From Chloroflexota bacterium (GTDB lineage Bacteria; Chloroflexota; Dehalococcoidia; JAUQQI01), in assembly GCA_040289115.1 (NCBI GenBank), contig PSKS01000002.1:28623-92622 (forward strand): a DNA stretch of 64,000 bases. Direction: 5' to 3'. This document shows positions 19,589 through 30,030 of this stretch, piece after piece. The translations under genes were made by a program, and so were the position numbers. How positions within the stretch are numbered: position 1 is the stretch's first letter; each line of letters begins with the position of its first letter. The notes under the pieces are model-generated. The model was not told the origin of the DNA and made no database searches. It saw only the letters and a list, made by a program, of their open reading frames with translations.

Positions 19589-20883
19589 TTAAGAAATCCC
19601 TCGTAGCGGCGCATGAGAAGCTGGGCCTCGAACTGCCGCATCGTCTCCAGCACCACGCTCACGACGATGATCAGGCCGCTACTGCTAATCTGAAGGGCCT
19701 GAACGTTGGTCACCAGCTGGGCCGGGTATGGAATCACCGCCACGACCCCAAGAAAGAGGGCCCCGGCCCAGGTGATTCGAACGAGCACCCGGGTAAGGTA
19801 CTCCTGGGTGGGTCGACCCGGCCGGATGCCCGGAATAAACCCGCCCTGTCGCTGCAGGTGCTCGGCCAGGTTCTGCTGTTGCCAAATAACCAGCGTGTAA
19901 AAGAACGTGAAAGCCACGACCAGGATAAAGTACATGATCCAGTAAAAGATGTTGGCCGGGTCGAAGAACCACTGAACCGTCCGGGCCACGTTCCGTAACC
20001 ACTCAGGTTCGGCGAAGACGAAGTAGCTGGCAATTGTCCCCGGCAGGAGCATTATCGAGACGGCAAAGATGAGGGGTATCATCCCGGCCATGTTCACCCG
20101 CAGGGGGATGTGGGTGGACGCACCCCCGTAGAGCCGCCCACCCCGGACCCGGCGGGCGTACTGGACGGGAATCCGCCGCTGGGCCTCCTGGAAGAAAACA
20201 ATGGTGGCCACGGTAAGGACCCCGATGACGCCGAAGGCTAGCAGGCCCAAAAGCTGGTCGGTAGCCAGCAGCGACCGGCCCACCAGCTGGGGCAGGGAAG
20301 CCACGATTCCGCCGAAGATGATTATGGACACCCCGTTGCCGATGCCGTGCTGGGTGATGAGCTGTCCTAGCCAGACCAAAAGCATCGTCCCGGCCGTGAG
20401 GGTTATCACCGCCGAGAGGGTGGGCAGCAAGGCCTCCCCCGTAAACCCCACCTGTCGGACCAGCGACGTCGACTGGTTATGCAGGACGACCAGCTGGCCA
20501 TAACCCTGGAGGGCGGCCAGCGGGATCGTAAGCAGGTAGGTGTACTGGTTGATGCGGCTGCGCCCGTACTCCCCTTCTTTTGATAGGGCCTCTAGCTGGG
20601 GGATAAGGGGAATAAGCAGCTGCATCACGATGGAGGCTGTAATATAGGGGTAAACCCCCATTGCGGCGATGCTGAAGTTGCGCATGGCCCCCCCGCTAAA
20701 GAGGTCGAGCATGCCTAAGAGGGGGCTGGTCTGAAATAGTTGCTGCATCGCCCGGACGTCCACCCCGGGCAAGGGAATGTGGGCGATGAACCGAAAGATT
20801 ATTAAAATAATAAAAGTAAAAATAAGCCGCTGCCGGAGGTCCGGCAGGCGCAGGGCGGCCAGTACCGCCTCGAGGAGCTGCAT
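19585..20883 (-). CDS. secY: preprotein translocase subunit SecY
   Basis: Ten-TM SecY architecture with conserved N-terminal and plug regions. It sits between rplO and adk. Confidence 0.92.
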   Translation of the reverse strand: MQLLEAVLAALRLPDLRQRLIFTFIILIIFRFIAHIPLPGVDVRAMQQLFQTSPLLGMLDLFSGGAMRNFSIAAMGVYPYITASIVMQLLIPLIPQLEALSKEGEYGRSRINQYTYLLTIPLAALQGYGQLVVLHNQSTSLVRQVGFTGEALLPTLSAVITLTAGTMLLVWLGQLITQHGIGNGVSIIIFGGIVASLPQLVGRSLLATDQLLGLLAFGVIGVLTVATIVFFQEAQRRIPVQYARRVRGGRLYGGASTHIPLRVNMAGMIPLIFAVSIMLLPGTIASYFVFAEPEWLRNVARTVQWFFDPANIFYWIMYFILVVAFTFFYTLVIWQQQNLAEHLQRQGGFIPGIRPGRPTQEYLTRVLVRITWAGALFLGVVAVIPYPAQLVTNVQALQISSSGLIIVVSVVLETMRQFEAQLLMRRYEGFLK

Positions 20884-20886
20884 CCT

Positions 20887-21345
20887 TTAGCCCCCTGGCC
20901 CCAACTCTTCGGCCCGTCCGCCTGCGGCTTCAATCTTGGCCCGGGCCGCGGCCGAGAACCTGTGGGCCTGGACCACCAGCGGCCGGTCAAGGTCGCCGTC
21001 CCCCAGCACCTTCACCGGCAGCTCAGCCTTCACCAGGCCCGCGGCCCGCAGAAGCTCCGGTGTGACCACGGTGTTTGGTTCGAACCGGCGCAGGTCCCTG
21101 ACGTTCACCTCGGCGTACTCCACCGGGTAAATCGGTCCCCGGAAGTCCCAGCCCCGATACTTGGGTGCCCGGTTGGCGCGGAAGCTCATACCCCGAAAGT
21201 GGGGCGGGATGTTGTCCCCGGACCGAACCTTCTGCCCCTTTATGCCCTTTCCGGCGTAGGAGCCCTGCCCGGCCGCATCCCCCCGGCCGACCCGTTTGCG
21301 GGACCGGCGGGAGCCGGGTGCCGGCTTAAGGTCATGGATCCTCAC
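20887..21345 (-). CDS. rplO: 50S ribosomal protein L15
   Basis: MRIHDLKPAPGSRRSRKRVGRG.. matches L15. Confidence 0.9.
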   Translation of the reverse strand: MRIHDLKPAPGSRRSRKRVGRGDAAGQGSYAGKGIKGQKVRSGDNIPPHFRGMSFRANRAPKYRGWDFRGPIYPVEYAEVNVRDLRRFEPNTVVTPELLRAAGLVKAELPVKVLGDGDLDRPLVVQAHRFSAAARAKIEAAGGRAEELGPGG

Positions 21346-21523
21346 GTATCTCCTCCACCTTCAGCAGATATCTGACCTGGTCCACCATTCCTCGAATTTC
21401 CGGCCGGTCCTCGTGGATTACGCTCTGGTGGAGCCGCCGGAGGCCCAGGGCCCGGATCGTCCGCCGGTGGCGCTCAGGGTGGCCGATGACGCTGCGCACC
21501 AGGGTAACCTTAAGCTTGCCCAT
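21332..21523 (-). CDS. rpmD: 50S ribosomal protein L30
   Basis: KLKVTLVRSVIG..RH..T..ALGLRR matches L30. Confidence 0.88.
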   Translation of the reverse strand: MGKLKVTLVRSVIGHPERHRRTIRALGLRRLHQSVIHEDRPEIRGMVDQVRYLLKVEEIREDP

Positions 21524-21524
21524 C

Positions 21525-22055
21525 TCAGGTCTGCCCTCCCGGCACGTAGACCTTCAGGGGCTTGCCCCGCTTTTCGGACTCCTGCTCGGGGTCCTTTAGC
21601 ATCCGGAGGCCCTTTAGGGTCGCCTGGGCCACGTTGATGGGATTGCGGCTCCCCAGGGACTTGCTCAGGATATCCTTAACACCGGCCAGCTCCACCACGG
21701 CCCGAACCGGCCCGCCGGCGATCACACCGGTGCCCGGGGCGGCTGGCTTCAGCAGGACCTGCGAGGCCTTGAACTTGGAAACGACCGCGTGGGGGATGGT
21801 CGTCCCGACAATAGGAACCTTAATCAGGTTCTTTTTGGCCCTTTCTATCCCCTTGCGGATGGCCTCAGGAACCTCCCGGGCCTTGCCCAGGCCGACCCCC
21901 ACATGCCCCTGCCCGTCGCCGACAACGACGAGGGCGCTGAAGCTGAAATGGCGGCCACCTTTAACCACCTTGGCCACCCGCCGAATATGAACAACCCTTT
22001 CCTGAAGCTGGAGCCCCTCCGGGTTTATACGCTCTTCAGCCGGGATCTCCACCAT
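21525..22055 (-). CDS. rpsE: 30S ribosomal protein S5
   Basis: The S5 dsRBD-like N-domain and the C-domain ([27 protein letters not shown]) are present. Confidence 0.92.
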   Translation of the reverse strand: MVEIPAEERINPEGLQLQERVVHIRRVAKVVKGGRHFSFSALVVVGDGQGHVGVGLGKAREVPEAIRKGIERAKKNLIKVPIVGTTIPHAVVSKFKASQVLLKPAAPGTGVIAGGPVRAVVELAGVKDILSKSLGSRNPINVAQATLKGLRMLKDPEQESEKRGKPLKVYVPGGQT

Positions 22056-22068
22056 TTGTGTTCACCAC

Positions 22069-22434
22069 CTAAAATTGTAATCCGGCGGCCCGGGCCCCAT
22101 CGGCCAGGGCCTTTACCCGGCCGTGGTATTTAAAGCCGCCCCGGTCGAAGACGACCCGGGTTATGCCGGCGGCCAGCGCCCGCCGCCCCAGCACCTCCCC
22201 GACTACCCGGGCCGCGTCCGTCTTCCGCAAACCCTCAACCTTCTCCCGGATTTCCGGGTCCAAAGTGGAAGCCGAAACCAGGGTGTGGCCCCGGACGTCG
22301 TCAATTATCTGGGCGTAAATGTGATTCAGGCTCCGGAAAACGGCCAGCCGGGGCCGGTCTGGGGTTCCGAAGACCTTTTTTCGGACCCGCAGGTGCCGCC
22401 GCAGCCGCCGCTCCCGGGGGGTTAGCTTGGCCAT
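22069..22434 (-). CDS. rplR: 50S ribosomal protein L18
   Basis: [18 protein letters not shown] and the C-terminal [18 protein letters not shown] match L18. Confidence 0.9.
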   Translation of the reverse strand: MAKLTPRERRLRRHLRVRKKVFGTPDRPRLAVFRSLNHIYAQIIDDVRGHTLVSASTLDPEIREKVEGLRKTDAARVVGEVLGRRALAAGITRVVFDRGGFKYHGRVKALADGARAAGLQF

Positions 22435-22435
22435 T

Positions 22436-22999
22436 TTAGCGCTTCCTACCTCCCGCCTTACCGGCCTTGCCCGCCTTGCCGGCCTTCAACCGGACCTCTT
22501 CGCCCGTGTAGCGGATGCCCTTGCCCTTGTAGGGATCCGGCGGCCGAATGGCCCGGACCTCGGCCGCAAACTGGCCGACAAGCTGTTTATCAGTTCCCGA
22601 AATGACAATCCGGTTCGTCCCCTCAACCGCCACTTCGATCCCTGGCGGCGGGGTCAATTCCACCGGGTGGGAGAAGCCCACCTGCAGAACCAGCTTGTTG
22701 CCTACCTTCTGGGCCCGGTAGCCGACCCCCACCAAATCCAGGCTCTTCGAAAATCCCTTGGTAACCCCCTCCACCATGTTGGCGATCAGGGTCCGGCTAA
22801 GCCCATGCAGGGCCCGGTGCTGGCGGAGGTCCGACTGCCGATCCACCACAATCTTGCCGTCCTCAACCCGGACGCTTATGGCCGGGTGAAGCTGTCGGCT
22901 TAAGGTGCCCTTCGGGCCCGAAATCGTCACGGTGTGGTCGCTTACGGCAACGTTTACCCCCGGCGGGATAACTATGGGCTGTCGGCCGATCCGGGACAT
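22436..22999 (-). CDS. rplF: 50S ribosomal protein L6 with C-terminal (KAG)n tail
   Basis: [19 protein letters not shown] is the L6 signature. It carries an extra C-terminal [17 protein letters not shown]. Confidence 0.92.
   Translation of the reverse strand: MSRIGRQPIVIPPGVNVAVSDHTVTISGPKGTLSRQLHPAISVRVEDGKIVVDRQSDLRQHRALHGLSRTLIANMVEGVTKGFSKSLDLVGVGYRAQKVGNKLVLQVGFSHPVELTPPPGIEVAVEGTNRIVISGTDKQLVGQFAAEVRAIRPPDPYKGKGIRYTGEEVRLKAGKAGKAGKAGGRKR
22454..22486. repeat. 9-bp tandem repeat (SGCCTTRCC x about 3.7) encoding the [12 protein letters not shown] tail of L6
   Basis: Read directly: cgccttacc ggccttgcc cgccttgcc ggcctt. Confidence 0.7.
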
Positions 23000-23014
23000 G
23001 TCAGATCACCCCTT

Positions 23015-23410
23015 TTACCAAACATAGGCGATAACCTCGCCCCCGAGCCGCCGCCGCCAGGCCTCCTGCCCGGTCATCACCCCCTGAGGGGTCGAGATGA
23101 TGGCGATCCCCAGCCCCCCATACACCCGGGGGATCTCCGACCGCTGCACGTACACCCTGAGACCAGGCTTGCTCACCCGCTTAAGGCCGGTGATAACCGG
23201 TTCCTTCTTGCCCGTATACTTGAGGTGAATCCGCAACATCCGGCGCGGCCCCTCCTGGTAAACCTCATAGTCTTTAATAAAGCCCTCTTCTTTCAGGATA
23301 CGGGCGATGGCAATTTTCATCTTGGAGGCCGGCACCGTCACCGTCTCGTGCCGGACGGCCACGGCGTTGCGGATTCGAGTAAGCATGTCGGCAATGGGGT
23401 CGGTCATCAT
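23015..23410 (-). CDS. rpsH: 30S ribosomal protein S8
   Basis: [15 protein letters not shown] matches S8. The start was trimmed to the MM pair after the S14 stop, because the longer ORF overlaps rpsN. Confidence 0.9.
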   Translation of the reverse strand: MMTDPIADMLTRIRNAVAVRHETVTVPASKMKIAIARILKEEGFIKDYEVYQEGPRRMLRIHLKYTGKKEPVITGLKRVSKPGLRVYVQRSEIPRVYGGLGIAIISTPQGVMTGQEAWRRRLGGEVIAYVW

Positions 23411-23432
23411 CGCAACCACCCGCCTCCTCCTT

Positions 23433-23618
23433 TTACCACGAAGCCTTGCGGACCCCCGGCAGCTCCCCGGCCAGGGCCTTCTGCCGGAAGCAGATCCGGC
23501 AGAGGCCGAACTTCCGGATGTATGCCCGGGGCCGACCGCAGTTGGCACACCGGTTCCGGTGTTGAACCGGGTATTTCGGCGGCTTCTGCGACTTTACGAT
23601 CTGAGACGTTCGGGCCAA
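23433..23618 (-). CDS. rpsN: 30S ribosomal protein S14 type Z (zinc-binding, 61 aa)
   Basis: The short S14 form has the CANCGR..C..C Cys4 motif. Confidence 0.9.
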   Translation of the reverse strand: MARTSQIVKSQKPPKYPVQHRNRCANCGRPRAYIRKFGLCRICFRQKALAGELPGVRKASW

Positions 23619-23635
23619 GGCTTTCCCTACCTCCT

Positions 23636-24247
23636 TTACTGCCTGGCAAAGGGCATGCCCAGGAGCTCGAGGAGGCGCTTTGCCTCCAGGTCGCTTTTGG
23701 CTGTGGTAACGACGGTCACTTCGAGCCCCCGGATCCGGTCGATTTTATCGTAGTCAATTTCGGGGAACACCAGCTGTTCCCGCAGGCCGATGGAATAGTT
23801 CCCCCGACCGTCGAAAGACCGGGGCGAAACCCCACGGAAGTCCCGCTGTCTGGGCAGGACGATATTCATCAGTTTATCCAGAAAGTGCCACATTCGCTCC
23901 CCCCGGAGGGTAACCATCACCCCAATGGGCATCCCCGCCCGCAGCCGGAACTGCGCAATCGACTTCCGGGCCCGGGTCACCACCGGGTGCTGGCCGGCGA
24001 TCAGGCTCAGGTCCCGCACCGCCGAATCTACCGCCCGGGGGTTCTGGACGGCTTCACCCAAGCCGATGTTAAGCACCACCTTCTCCAGCCGGGGCACCTC
24101 CATTGGGTTTTTGTAACCGAACTCCCGCATCATCGTCGGGACCACCACCTCTTCGTAAAGCTGCTTGAGCCGCGGCTTGGGCCGGGCTCCGTCCGTCGGC
24201 GCCGGAGTTCGGGCCGTCTCTTCGGCGGTGCGCTCCTTCTTAGCCAT
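23636..24247 (-). CDS. rplE: 50S ribosomal protein L5 (with about 24-aa low-complexity N-terminal extension)
   Basis: Canonical L5 begins at [23 protein letters not shown]. No alternative start codon lies between it and the upstream Met. Confidence 0.88.
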   Translation of the reverse strand: MAKKERTAEETARTPAPTDGARPKPRLKQLYEEVVVPTMMREFGYKNPMEVPRLEKVVLNIGLGEAVQNPRAVDSAVRDLSLIAGQHPVVTRARKSIAQFRLRAGMPIGVMVTLRGERMWHFLDKLMNIVLPRQRDFRGVSPRSFDGRGNYSIGLREQLVFPEIDYDKIDRIRGLEVTVVTTAKSDLEAKRLLELLGMPFARQ

Positions 24248-24576
24248 CAGTCAACTACCTCGCCGCACTTTTTACAGTAGCGGACCTTCCGGGGCTTGCC
24301 GGCCGCCTCCTGAAGGAAGCGAAAGCCCACCCGCGTTGGCCGGTTACACTTGGGACAGACCAGCATCACCTTGGCGATGGGTATGGGCGCCTCTAACTCG
24401 ATGATTCCGGCCTGTCGCAGTCCTGGCCGGGCCCGGACATGCTTTTTAACGATATTTACCCCCTCGACGACAATCCGGCCCGCGTCGGGGATAACCCGCA
24501 GGACCCGACCCCGCCGGTTCCGGTCCTTGCCCCGCAGCACCTGAACCAGGTCGTTGCGCTTGATCTTAAAGGCCAC
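24247..24576 (-). CDS. rplX: 50S ribosomal protein L24 with Cys4 ribbon in the C-terminal region
   Basis: The KOW domain ([15 protein letters not shown]) is present. CPKC...17 aa...CKKC replaces the usual C-terminal segment. Confidence 0.88.
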   Translation of the reverse strand: MAFKIKRNDLVQVLRGKDRNRRGRVLRVIPDAGRIVVEGVNIVKKHVRARPGLRQAGIIELEAPIPIAKVMLVCPKCNRPTRVGFRFLQEAAGKPRKVRYCKKCGEVVD

Positions 24577-24579
24577 GGC

Positions 24580-24948
24580 TTAAACCACCTCCGGCGCCAG
24601 GGACACGATCTTGGTGAAGTTTTTGTCCCGCAGCTCCCGGGCCACCGGCCCGAAAATCCGGGTTCCCCGCGGGTTGTTGCGGTCGGTAAGGATCACCGCG
24701 GCGTTATCGTCGAACCGGACGTAGGTGCCGTCCGGCCGCCGGACGGGGAAGGCCGTCCGCACCACCACGGCCCGAACCACATCCCCCTCCTTGACGGTCG
24801 CCGTCGGGGTGGCTTCCTTTACGGAGGCCACCACCACGTCCCCCACCGACGCATACTTCCGGTTCGAGCCACCAAGGACCCTGATAACCATTATCTCTTT
24901 GGCACCGGTATTATCGGCGACTTTAAGCCGCGAGTATATCTGCAACAT
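24580..24948 (-). CDS. rplN: 50S ribosomal protein L14
   Basis: [28 protein letters not shown] matches L14. Confidence 0.92.
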   Translation of the reverse strand: MLQIYSRLKVADNTGAKEIMVIRVLGGSNRKYASVGDVVVASVKEATPTATVKEGDVVRAVVVRTAFPVRRPDGTYVRFDDNAAVILTDRNNPRGTRIFGPVARELRDKNFTKIVSLAPEVV

Positions 24949-24951
24949 CTT

Positions 24952-25260
24952 TTAACCCCCTTCGGGAACCACCTCTTCCGTCGAGACAGCCCCCTCGGTT
25001 AGACCGGCCATCTCCTCATGGCCCAAAACCTCCACAACCCGCCAGCGCTTCGTCCGGGAGAGGGGCCGGGTCTCAACGATCCTTACCACATCCCCGACTC
25101 GGCAGCGGTTCTCCTCGTCGTGAGCAGCGTATTTCTTAGTCTTGCGCACCAGCTTTTTGTAAAGCGGGTGCCGCCGGTAGCTTTCAACCGCCACAATGAC
25201 GGTCTTGTTCATCTTATCGCTCACCACCCGGCCCACCAGAACCTTCCGATTCTGCTTCAC
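24952..25260 (-). CDS. rpsQ: 30S ribosomal protein S17 (about 20-aa C-terminal extension)
   Basis: [22 protein letters not shown] matches S17. Confidence 0.9.
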   Translation of the reverse strand: MKQNRKVLVGRVVSDKMNKTVIVAVESYRRHPLYKKLVRKTKKYAAHDEENRCRVGDVVRIVETRPLSRTKRWRVVEVLGHEEMAGLTEGAVSTEEVVPEGG

Positions 25261-25463
25261 AGAACCCCCTCCTTTTCCCGAAGCACCGTCAGGATCCGGG
25301 CGATACGCCGCCGAACCTTCTGCAGCTCGGCGGTGTTTTCCAGCTGGCGGGTGGCGTGCCTGAAGCGCAGGTTGAAAAGCTCCTGCCTGGCCTCCCCCAG
25401 CCGCTGCCGGAGTTCGGCCGGCCCCAATTGCCTTAACTGCTTAAGTTCTTCCCGGACCTTCAT
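25257..25463 (-). CDS. rpmC: 50S ribosomal protein L29
   Basis: The length and helical pattern match L29, at its canonical position. Confidence 0.85.
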   Translation of the reverse strand: MKVREELKQLRQLGPAELRQRLGEARQELFNLRFRHATRQLENTAELQKVRRRIARILTVLREKEGVL

Positions 25464-25466
25464 GGC

Positions 25467-25889
25467 TCAGGCCTCGGCCAGCTCGGCCTTAGTTACAATC
25501 TGAGTCTCCACCGGCAGCTTATGGCTTGCTAACCGCAGGGCCTCCCGGGCGACCTCCTCCCGGACCCCCGCCAGCTCGAAGAGGATTCGGCCCGGCTTGA
25601 CCACGGCCACCCACTCCTCAACGCTGCCTTTGCCGCTCCCCATCCGGGTCTCAGCCGGCTTTTTGGTCACCGGCTTATCCGGGAATATCCGAATCCAGAC
25701 CTTGCCGCCCCGCTTGATGTGGTGGGTGATGGCCCGCCGGGCGGCCTCGATCTGCCGGGCCGTCACCCAGCCCGGGCTGAGGGCTTGGAGGCCGAACTCT
25801 CCGAAGGCAACCGTATTGCCCCGGGTTGCAACCCCCGTCATCCGGCCCCGCTGCTGCTTGCGGTATTTGACACGCCTTGGCTGAAGCAT
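25467..25889 (-). CDS. rplP: 50S ribosomal protein L16
   Basis: [17 protein letters not shown] matches L16. Confidence 0.92.
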   Translation of the reverse strand: MLQPRRVKYRKQQRGRMTGVATRGNTVAFGEFGLQALSPGWVTARQIEAARRAITHHIKRGGKVWIRIFPDKPVTKKPAETRMGSGKGSVEEWVAVVKPGRILFELAGVREEVAREALRLASHKLPVETQIVTKAELAEA

Positions 25890-25891
25890 CT

Positions 25892-26629
25892 TTATCCCTC
25901 TTCCTCCATCAGGACCGCCGCCTCGGGCTCGGCCGCCTCAACCCCTTCGGCCACCGGGAGCTGGGCCCGGGCGAAGCGCTCCTCCTCCGGCCGCTCGGGC
26001 CAGATGTCGCCCTTATAGATCCAGACTTTAACCCCAATCCGGCCGTAGGTGGTGAGGGCCTCGGCCGTCCCGTAATCGATGTCGGCCCGGATCGTCTGCA
26101 GGGGCACCCGACCGGCCCGCTCGGTGTCTTTCCGCTTCATTTCGGCCCCACCCAATCGGCCGGCAACGGTTATTTTGATGCCCATGGCCCCCCGCTGAAG
26201 GGCCCGCTGAACGGCCTGCTTCATCGCCCGCTTATGGGAGACCCGCCGTTCGATCTGTTCGGCGATGGTCCGGGCGACCAGGGGCGCCTCCAGCTCGGGC
26301 ACCCGCACCTCGTGGATCACCAGCCGGATGCGCTTGCCAGTCCGCTCCTCCAGGAGGTGGCGCAGCTCTTCCACCTTCTGCCCGCCCCGGCCAATGGCCA
26401 CCCCGGGCCGGGCCGTGTGAATGGTAACCACCACCTCGTTAGGCGGCTTGCGGTCGATCTCAACCCGGGAAACCGCCGCGTCCGCCAGGCGCTCAAAGAT
26501 GACGTTGCGAATGAGCATGTCCTCCCGGACCAGGGCGGCGTAATCGCTGTCCCGGGCCGCAAACCAGTGCGTCTGCCAGTCCTTATTTATCCCCAGCCGA
26601 AAGCCGGTCGGGTGAACTTTCTGACCCAA
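25892..26629 (-). CDS. rpsC: 30S ribosomal protein S3
   Basis: [14 protein letters not shown] and the KH domain match S3. Confidence 0.92.
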   Translation of the reverse strand: MGQKVHPTGFRLGINKDWQTHWFAARDSDYAALVREDMLIRNVIFERLADAAVSRVEIDRKPPNEVVVTIHTARPGVAIGRGGQKVEELRHLLEERTGKRIRLVIHEVRVPELEAPLVARTIAEQIERRVSHKRAMKQAVQRALQRGAMGIKITVAGRLGGAEMKRKDTERAGRVPLQTIRADIDYGTAEALTTYGRIGVKVWIYKGDIWPERPEEERFARAQLPVAEGVEAAEPEAAVLMEEEG

Positions 26630-26968
26630 TTACGCCTCCTTCGACTCTAGGACCACGGTGATGTGACTGGTCCGCTTCAGGATCGGCTTAACCCGACCCC
26701 TGGGTCCGGCCCGCCAGCGCTTGAGGCGGGGCCCCTCGTCGGCCACGGCCTTTACGACCCGAAGCTCGTCGGCCGGAATTTGGTAGTTATTTTCGGCGTT
26801 GGCGATGGCCGACTTCAGCACCTTGGCCACCAGACGGGCCGCCTTGTTGGGCAGAAACTCCAGGGTTGCCATGGCCCGCTCGGCCGGCTGACCGACGATG
26901 AGCCGGAGCACCGGCCGGGCCTTAATAGGCGAGATCCGCAGGTAGCGGGCGGTTGCGCTGACTCGCAT
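26630..26968 (-). CDS. rplV: 50S ribosomal protein L22
   Basis: ARYLRISPIKARPV matches L22. The start was trimmed to the ATG at 26968, downstream of the rpsS stop. Confidence 0.88.
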   Translation of the reverse strand: MRVSATARYLRISPIKARPVLRLIVGQPAERAMATLEFLPNKAARLVAKVLKSAIANAENNYQIPADELRVVKAVADEGPRLKRWRAGPRGRVKPILKRTSHITVVLESKEA

Positions 26969-26978
26969 CGGCTCCCAC

Positions 26979-27269
26979 CTACCTTCGTCTGACCTGGGTG
27001 GTCCGCTCCGACTTGGCCTCGTGGCCCCGGAACGTGCGGGTCGGCGCAAATTCGCCCAGTCGGTGGCCCACCATCGCCTCGGTTATGTAGATGGGCACGT
27101 GGCGGCGCCCGTCGTGGACGGCGATAGTGTGGCCCACCATGAGTGGAATTATCACCGAGTCCCGCGACCAGGTCTTTATAACCGCCCTCTGCCCGGTCTG
27201 GTTCATTTTGAGAATCTTTTTAATCAGTTTCGGGTCGACATATGGGCCTTTCTTCGTGGACCTAGACAT
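26979..27269 (-). CDS. rpsS: 30S ribosomal protein S19
   Basis: [12 protein letters not shown] and [10 protein letters not shown] match S19. Confidence 0.92.
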   Translation of the reverse strand: MSRSTKKGPYVDPKLIKKILKMNQTGQRAVIKTWSRDSVIIPLMVGHTIAVHDGRRHVPIYITEAMVGHRLGEFAPTRTFRGHEAKSERTTQVRRR

Positions 27270-27274
27270 GGTCG

Positions 27275-28108
27275 CTAACCCTTCTTTTCACGCCGTCGGA
27301 TTATATACTTGTCGGTCCACTCCCGGCGGCGGGTCTTCACACCCCGCGCCGGCTTGCCCCAAGGGGTCTTCGGCCCCGGCAGGCCGATGGGCGCCCGCCC
27401 CTCACCGCCACCGTGGGGGTGATCCCGAGGCGACATCGCCGAGCCCCGCACCGCCGGCCGCCAGCCCAGCCACCGCCGCCGGCCGGCCTTCCCCAGGTTG
27501 ATGAGTTCGTGTTCTGGGTTGCTTACCTGCCCGATAGTGGCCATGCACTCGAGGCGCACCCGCCGGACCTCCCCGGAAGCCAGCCGGATGGTGGCGTAGT
27601 CGCCCTCCTTGGCCAGCAGCTGGGCCGAGGTTCCGGCCGCCCGGGCGATCTGACCGCCCCGGCCGGGGATGAGCTCAATATTGTGAATCACGGTCCCCAC
27701 CGGGATGTTCCGCAGGGGGAGGGCATTGCCCACCTTGATCTCGGCGTCGGGTCCGGACATAACCGTGTCCCCGACCTGAAGGCCCTGCGGGGCGATAATA
27801 TACCGCTTTTCGCCGTCGGCGTAGTGCAGCAGGGCGATCCGGGCCGAGCGGTTGGGGTCGTACTCGATGGCCGCTACCCGGGCCGGAATGCCCCACTTAT
27901 CCCGCTTAAAGTCGATGATCCGGTAAAGCCGCTTGTGGCCGCCGCCCCGATGCCGGACGGTAACCCGGCCCTGGTGATTGCGACCGGCGCGCTTTTTAAG
28001 CGGCTCTACCAAGGACTTTTCCGGTTCGGTCTTGGTTATCTCCGAAAAATCGTAGCCAGTCATCCCCCGGACACCGGGGGAGGTTGGCTTGTAAGTCTTA
28101 ATCCCCAT
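27275..28108 (-). CDS. rplB: 50S ribosomal protein L2
   Basis: [12 protein letters not shown] and GGGHKRLYR match L2. Confidence 0.93.
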   Translation of the reverse strand: MGIKTYKPTSPGVRGMTGYDFSEITKTEPEKSLVEPLKKRAGRNHQGRVTVRHRGGGHKRLYRIIDFKRDKWGIPARVAAIEYDPNRSARIALLHYADGEKRYIIAPQGLQVGDTVMSGPDAEIKVGNALPLRNIPVGTVIHNIELIPGRGGQIARAAGTSAQLLAKEGDYATIRLASGEVRRVRLECMATIGQVSNPEHELINLGKAGRRRWLGWRPAVRGSAMSPRDHPHGGGEGRAPIGLPGPKTPWGKPARGVKTRRREWTDKYIIRRREKKG

Positions 28109-28119
28109 CCTTTAACTCC

Positions 28120-28416
28120 TTACACACCCTCAAAGAGGTCGATCCGGTGCCCTGGCTTGAGGGTGACGACCGCCTTCTTCCAGGGCGAGGTCCGCCCCCG
28201 GCTTCGCCCAACCCGGCGGACCTTGCCTTTCACCCACATGGTATTTACGGCCGCCACCTCCACGTTGAAAGCTCGCTCCACCGCCTCCTTAATCTGCAAC
28301 TTGTTTGCTTCCGGATGGACCTCGAATACGTACTTGTTACCCTCGCCGGCCAGGGTCGTCGTCTTCTCGGTGATAATGGGCCTACGCAGAACTTCAAGCA
28401 GGGGCACCTCGGCCAT
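28120..28416 (-). CDS. rplW: 50S ribosomal protein L23
   Basis: L23 family, at its canonical position between L4 and L2. Confidence 0.88.
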   Translation of the reverse strand: MAEVPLLEVLRRPIITEKTTTLAGEGNKYVFEVHPEANKLQIKEAVERAFNVEVAAVNTMWVKGKVRRVGRSRGRTSPWKKAVVTLKPGHRIDLFEGV

Positions 28417-28418
28417 GG

Positions 28419-29054
28419 CTAATCCCCCTCCCGTTCGGCCAGCCTGGCTTCGAGGCGCCGCACCGCCGCCACCGGGATCAGCAGGAAGCGGCGGGCCAGC
28501 ACGTCGTAGGCATTAAGGTTGTCGGCCTGGGCTGTCCAGACGTCGGGCAGGTTCCGGGCGGCCAGGATCACTGCCCGGTCGGGCTCGGGCAGGACGACCG
28601 TAATCGAGCGGTCGAGGCCAAGCCCCCGCAGGACCCGGGCAAACTCCCGGGTCTTGCCCTCCGATAGGGCCAGGTCCTCGACGACTATAAGCTCACCATC
28701 TCTAATTTTAGCAGACAGGGCCGCCTTAAGGGCAAGGCGGCGCATCTTCTTCGGCATCTCCTGCCGGTAGTCCCGGGGGTGCGGGCCGTGGACGATTCCC
28801 CCGTGCCGCCAGTGGGGCGCCCGGATGGACCCCTGCCGGGCCCGGCCGGTGCCCTTCTGGACCCAGGGCTTGCGCCCCCCACCGCTTACCTCCCCACGGG
28901 TCTTGGTATCGTGGGTACCCTGGCGCCGGTTGGCCAGGTACATCACCACCGCCTGGTGGAGCAGGGGTACGTTGACCGGTACCCCGAAGACGTCGTCCCG
29001 AACGGTTATCTCCCCAATGATTTCGCCTTCCAGGTTCCGAACCGGCAGCTGCAT
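28419..29054 (-). CDS. rplD: 50S ribosomal protein L4
   Basis: L4 family ([16 protein letters not shown]). Confidence 0.9.
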   Translation of the reverse strand: MQLPVRNLEGEIIGEITVRDDVFGVPVNVPLLHQAVVMYLANRRQGTHDTKTRGEVSGGGRKPWVQKGTGRARQGSIRAPHWRHGGIVHGPHPRDYRQEMPKKMRRLALKAALSAKIRDGELIVVEDLALSEGKTREFARVLRGLGLDRSITVVLPEPDRAVILAARNLPDVWTAQADNLNAYDVLARRFLLIPVAAVRRLEARLAEREGD

Positions 29055-29057
29055 GGC

Positions 29058-29693
29058 TCAGTCCCCCCGCCGGGCCTTGACCGCGTGCCGGATCAGCAGC
29101 AACCCCTTCCGCGGCCCGGGCACGGCACCCTTTACAAACAGCAGATTCCTTTCGGGGTCCACCCGGATGACCTCCAGGTTCTGAACAGTAACCCGCTGGT
29201 GGCCCATGTGCCCGGCCATCCGCAGGCCCTTGATCACCCGGCCGGGGTCAGTGTTGGCCCCGATGGAACCGGGCGCCCGCCACCGGTTCGACTGGCCGTG
29301 GGTCTTCGGGCCACCGGCAAAGCCGTGGCGCTTTACCACCCCGGCAAACCCCCGACCTTTCGAAGTTCCGGTCACGTCCACCAGGTCCCCCGGCTTGAAC
29401 AGGGTCACATCCACCCTCTGCCCCACCGTCACCCGCTCGGCCCCGTCCAGAAGCTTAAATTCCCGCAGGTGCCGCAGGTTGCCCAGCCCCTTCAAGTGGC
29501 CCCGCATGGGCTTGTTTACCCGCTTCTTGGTATCAAAGCCGAGCTGGACGGCCGAATACCCGTCCCGCTCAGGGGTGCGCACCTGAACTACCCAGCAGGG
29601 TCCGGCCTGGATGACGGTAACGGGCACCACCGTTCCGTCCTCCCGGAAGACCCGGGTCATCCCCAGCTTGTAGCCGAGCAGTCCCTCGATCAT
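29058..29693 (-). CDS. rplC: 50S ribosomal protein L3
   Basis: [16 protein letters not shown] matches L3. Confidence 0.92.
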   Translation of the reverse strand: MIEGLLGYKLGMTRVFREDGTVVPVTVIQAGPCWVVQVRTPERDGYSAVQLGFDTKKRVNKPMRGHLKGLGNLRHLREFKLLDGAERVTVGQRVDVTLFKPGDLVDVTGTSKGRGFAGVVKRHGFAGGPKTHGQSNRWRAPGSIGANTDPGRVIKGLRMAGHMGHQRVTVQNLEVIRVDPERNLLFVKGAVPGPRKGLLLIRHAVKARRGD

Positions 29694-29707
29694 GGCCGGT
29701 TTATCCT

Positions 29708-30019
29708 TTACGTGAGCTTGAGCTCAATCTCGACGCCGGCCGGCAAATTGAGCTTCATCAGGGCATCCACCGTCTTCGGCGTCGGGTCGAGGATGTCGAT
29801 AAGCCGCTTATGGGTCCGGATTTCAAACTGCTCCCGGGAATCCTTGTCGATGTGGGGTGAGCGGATGACGGTTATCCGCTCGATCTTCGTCGGCAGCGGA
29901 ATCGGGCCGGCCACCGTTGCGCCGGTCTTTTCGGCCGTCTCCACGATCTGAGCGGCCGACTGGTCTACCAGTTTGTGGTCGAAGGCTTTAAGCCGGATCC
30001 GAATTCGCTGCCGTGCCAT
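29708..30019 (-). CDS. rpsJ: 30S ribosomal protein S10
   Basis: [15 protein letters not shown] matches S10. Confidence 0.92.
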   Translation of the reverse strand: MARQRIRIRLKAFDHKLVDQSAAQIVETAEKTGATVAGPIPLPTKIERITVIRSPHIDKDSREQFEIRTHKRLIDILDPTPKTVDALMKLNLPAGVEIELKLT

Positions 30020-30030
30020 CTTAGCCCACC

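Noticed and set aside
22934-24280. Long (448 aa) plus-strand ORF, and similar large ORFs at 27413-28516, 28779-29951, 52327-53895 and 56707-57825, antisense to r-protein and other genes
   Set aside because: They lie entirely opposite well-supported conserved genes. Their translations are Pro/Arg/Gly-rich low-complexity strings typical of stop-codon-poor antisense frames in high-GC DNA.
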